A DNA stretch of 59,819 nucleotides, filler included. It is 4 parts of 4 records of this genome, joined end to end, with 100 filler letters (N's around TTAATTAATTAA, not from the genome) between each part and the next. Parts side by side here need not be neighbours in the genome. Positions count along the whole stretch, not along the records: positions 49,761 to 59,819 come from DRR723986_1740; 3 more parts are not named here. One strand, written 5' to 3'. The position numbers and the translations under genes are program-made. Positions within the stretch are counted from its first letter, which is position 1; every line of letters starts with the position of its first letter. The notes beneath the pieces are model-generated. The model was not told where the DNA came from. It saw only the letters and a program-made list of their open reading frames with translations, and made no database searches. This document shows positions 58,482 through 59,819 of this stretch, one piece after another.

Positions 58482-59819
58482 ATGAGTGTTGCCCAACGCA
58501 GCCGCAGCGGCGGCCGTGCCGGCCGCCGGGCTATTCGCACCGCTCCCGACCATACCATGCTGCCCGGTCTGCGGCGCACTCTTCCCCTGTGCGAACCCAT
58601 GGACGAAGAGCAGGTCCGAAAGCTGGACGATGCCTCCATGGCAATCCTGGAAGAGGTTGGAATCGTCTTTCGCGATCCGATTGCCCTTGCAGACTGGAAG
58701 CGGGCCGGCGCCAAGGTCGAGGGTGAGAGGGTCTACCTGGACCGGGGGCTGGTGCGTGAGCTCATCAGTTCGATCCCATCCAGCTTCACCTATCATGCCC
58801 GCAATCCGGCAAAGAATGTCCCGCTTGGAGGAGATCGTTCGATCTTCGTGCCGATGACCGGGGCACCATTTCTGCGTGATCTCGACAATGAGCGACGCAA
58901 TCCGACGCTTGCGGACCTGGCCATGTTCCACAAGCTCAGCCACATGCTGCCGGCCCTGCATTCCAGCGCCCACCACATCGTGGAGCCCTACGACCACCCC
59001 ATCAGCCACCGGCATCTACGCATCACCTATTCTTCGATCAAGCATTCGGACAAGACCTTCATGGGCATGACGACAAGCCCGAAGAATGCCGAAGATGTCA
59101 TGGAAATGTGCGCGATCCTGTTCGGTGAGGACTATCTGGAGACCCATCCGGTCACGACAGGAAACTGCAACGGCAATTCTCCGCTGGTTTGGGACGAGAC
59201 CATGCTGGGAGCAATGCGGGCCTTTTCGAAACGAAACCAGCCCGTGCTCTGCTCCCCCTTCGTGCTTGGCGGAGCCAATACCCCGGCAAGCGTCGTCCCC
59301 GCCGTTGCCCAGCTCAACGCGGAAGCCCTGAGCGCCCTTGCCTACACGCAGGTTATCCGGAAGGGCGCACCTGCGATTTACGGGCACTATCTGTCGACGG
59401 TCTCAATGAAATCCGGTGCGCCGATGGCCGGCACCCCCGAGATCAGCCTGATGAACTTCATGATCGGGCAGATGGCGCGGTTCTACGATGTGCCCTGGCG
59501 GACCTCCGGATCGCTCGGCGGTGCCAAGACCTTTGACGCGCAAGCCGGGTATGAGAGCGCAGCAACGCTGAGCGCCGTTATCCATTCGGGTGCCAACTAC
59601 ATCTGGCACGCGGCCGGCTGGAACGAGGCCGGGATGCATTGCTCCGTTGCCAAGTTCATCGTCGACGCTGAGCAATGCGCGATGGCCTACCGCATGGCGG
59701 AGGGCCCGCGCTGGGACGATTTCAATGAAGGCCTTGCCGCCATTCGCGACGTCGGCCCTGGCGGGCATTACCTGGGGCACCCGCACACCCAGGAGAATTT
59801 CCAGCGGGCGTTCTTCATG
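58482..59819 (+). CDS. MttB-superfamily (trimethylamine methyltransferase) protein, non-pyrrolysine; 3' truncated
   Basis: Translated by hand (absent from the track because it runs off the window): MSVAQRSRSGGRAGRR, ARNP, NGNSPL, GAKTFDAQAGYES, VGPGGHYLG; SD ggag. Confidence 0.92.
   Translation, partial: MSVAQRSRSGGRAGRRAIRTAPDHTMLPGLRRTLPLCEPMDEEQVRKLDDASMAILEEVGIVFRDPIALADWKRAGAKVEGERVYLDRGLVRELISSIPSSFTYHARNPAKNVPLGGDRSIFVPMTGAPFLRDLDNERRNPTLADLAMFHKLSHMLPALHSSAHHIVEPYDHPISHRHLRITYSSIKHSDKTFMGMTTSPKNAEDVMEMCAILFGEDYLETHPVTTGNCNGNSPLVWDETMLGAMRAFSKRNQPVLCSPFVLGGANTPASVVPAVAQLNAEALSALAYTQVIRKGAPAIYGHYLSTVSMKSGAPMAGTPEISLMNFMIGQMARFYDVPWRTSGSLGGAKTFDAQAGYESAATLSAVIHSGANYIWHAAGWNEAGMHCSVAKFIVDAEQCAMAYRMAEGPRWDDFNEGLAAIRDVGPGGHYLGHPHTQENFQRAFFM

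Noticed and set aside
58482..59819. Pyrrolysine recoding in mttB
   Set aside because: The equivalent codon is CTC (Leu), and no pyl genes are present.
1..59819. CRISPR arrays, rRNA, complete tRNAs, prophage or known defence systems
   Set aside because: No repeat-spacer array, rRNA-like stretch, cloverleaf, phage structural gene or defence-domain motif was seen.

Overview
The window is four alphaproteobacterial contigs joined by three artificial 100-nt spacers (N44-TTAATTAATTAA-N44). They probably come from more than one genome. Contig 1 (1-24078) is Hyphomonadaceae-like core genome: aa3 cytochrome c oxidase cluster, thrC, an EAL phosphodiesterase, the LmdC-BacA M23/bactofilin module, bcp/YhdP, tyrS/anmK and iscS-sufB. 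Contig 2 (24179-40888) is Rhodobacteraceae-like accessory DNA. It holds the right end of a probable tRNA-fMet-integrated island (IS scars plus a TPR-GT41 OGT/SPINDLY-like gene), a tightly coupled six-gene uncharacterised catabolic operon (hydantoinase A/B, PLP enzyme, maleate-isomerase family, MmgE/PrpD, 2-hydroxyacid dehydrogenase), DUF1045 with a probable phnM stub, a partial hpa cluster, and a PAS-LuxR/thiolase pair. Contig 3 (40989-49660) is Rhodobacteraceae-like core: DUF455, bcp, YhdP, queA, MFS, DUF924, lpdA. Contig 4 (49761-59819) carries the carboxy(nor)spermidine pathway, a family-5 ABC transporter and a non-pyrrolysine MttB. The best novelty candidates are a structured nspC leader with an unannotated 50-aa uORF coupled to nspC by an ATGA overlap (possible polyamine-responsive control), a divergent unannotated 40-aa membrane protein, the six-gene catabolic operon, and the island-borne protein glycosyltransferase. 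All family assignments come from motif recognition only; no searches were run.
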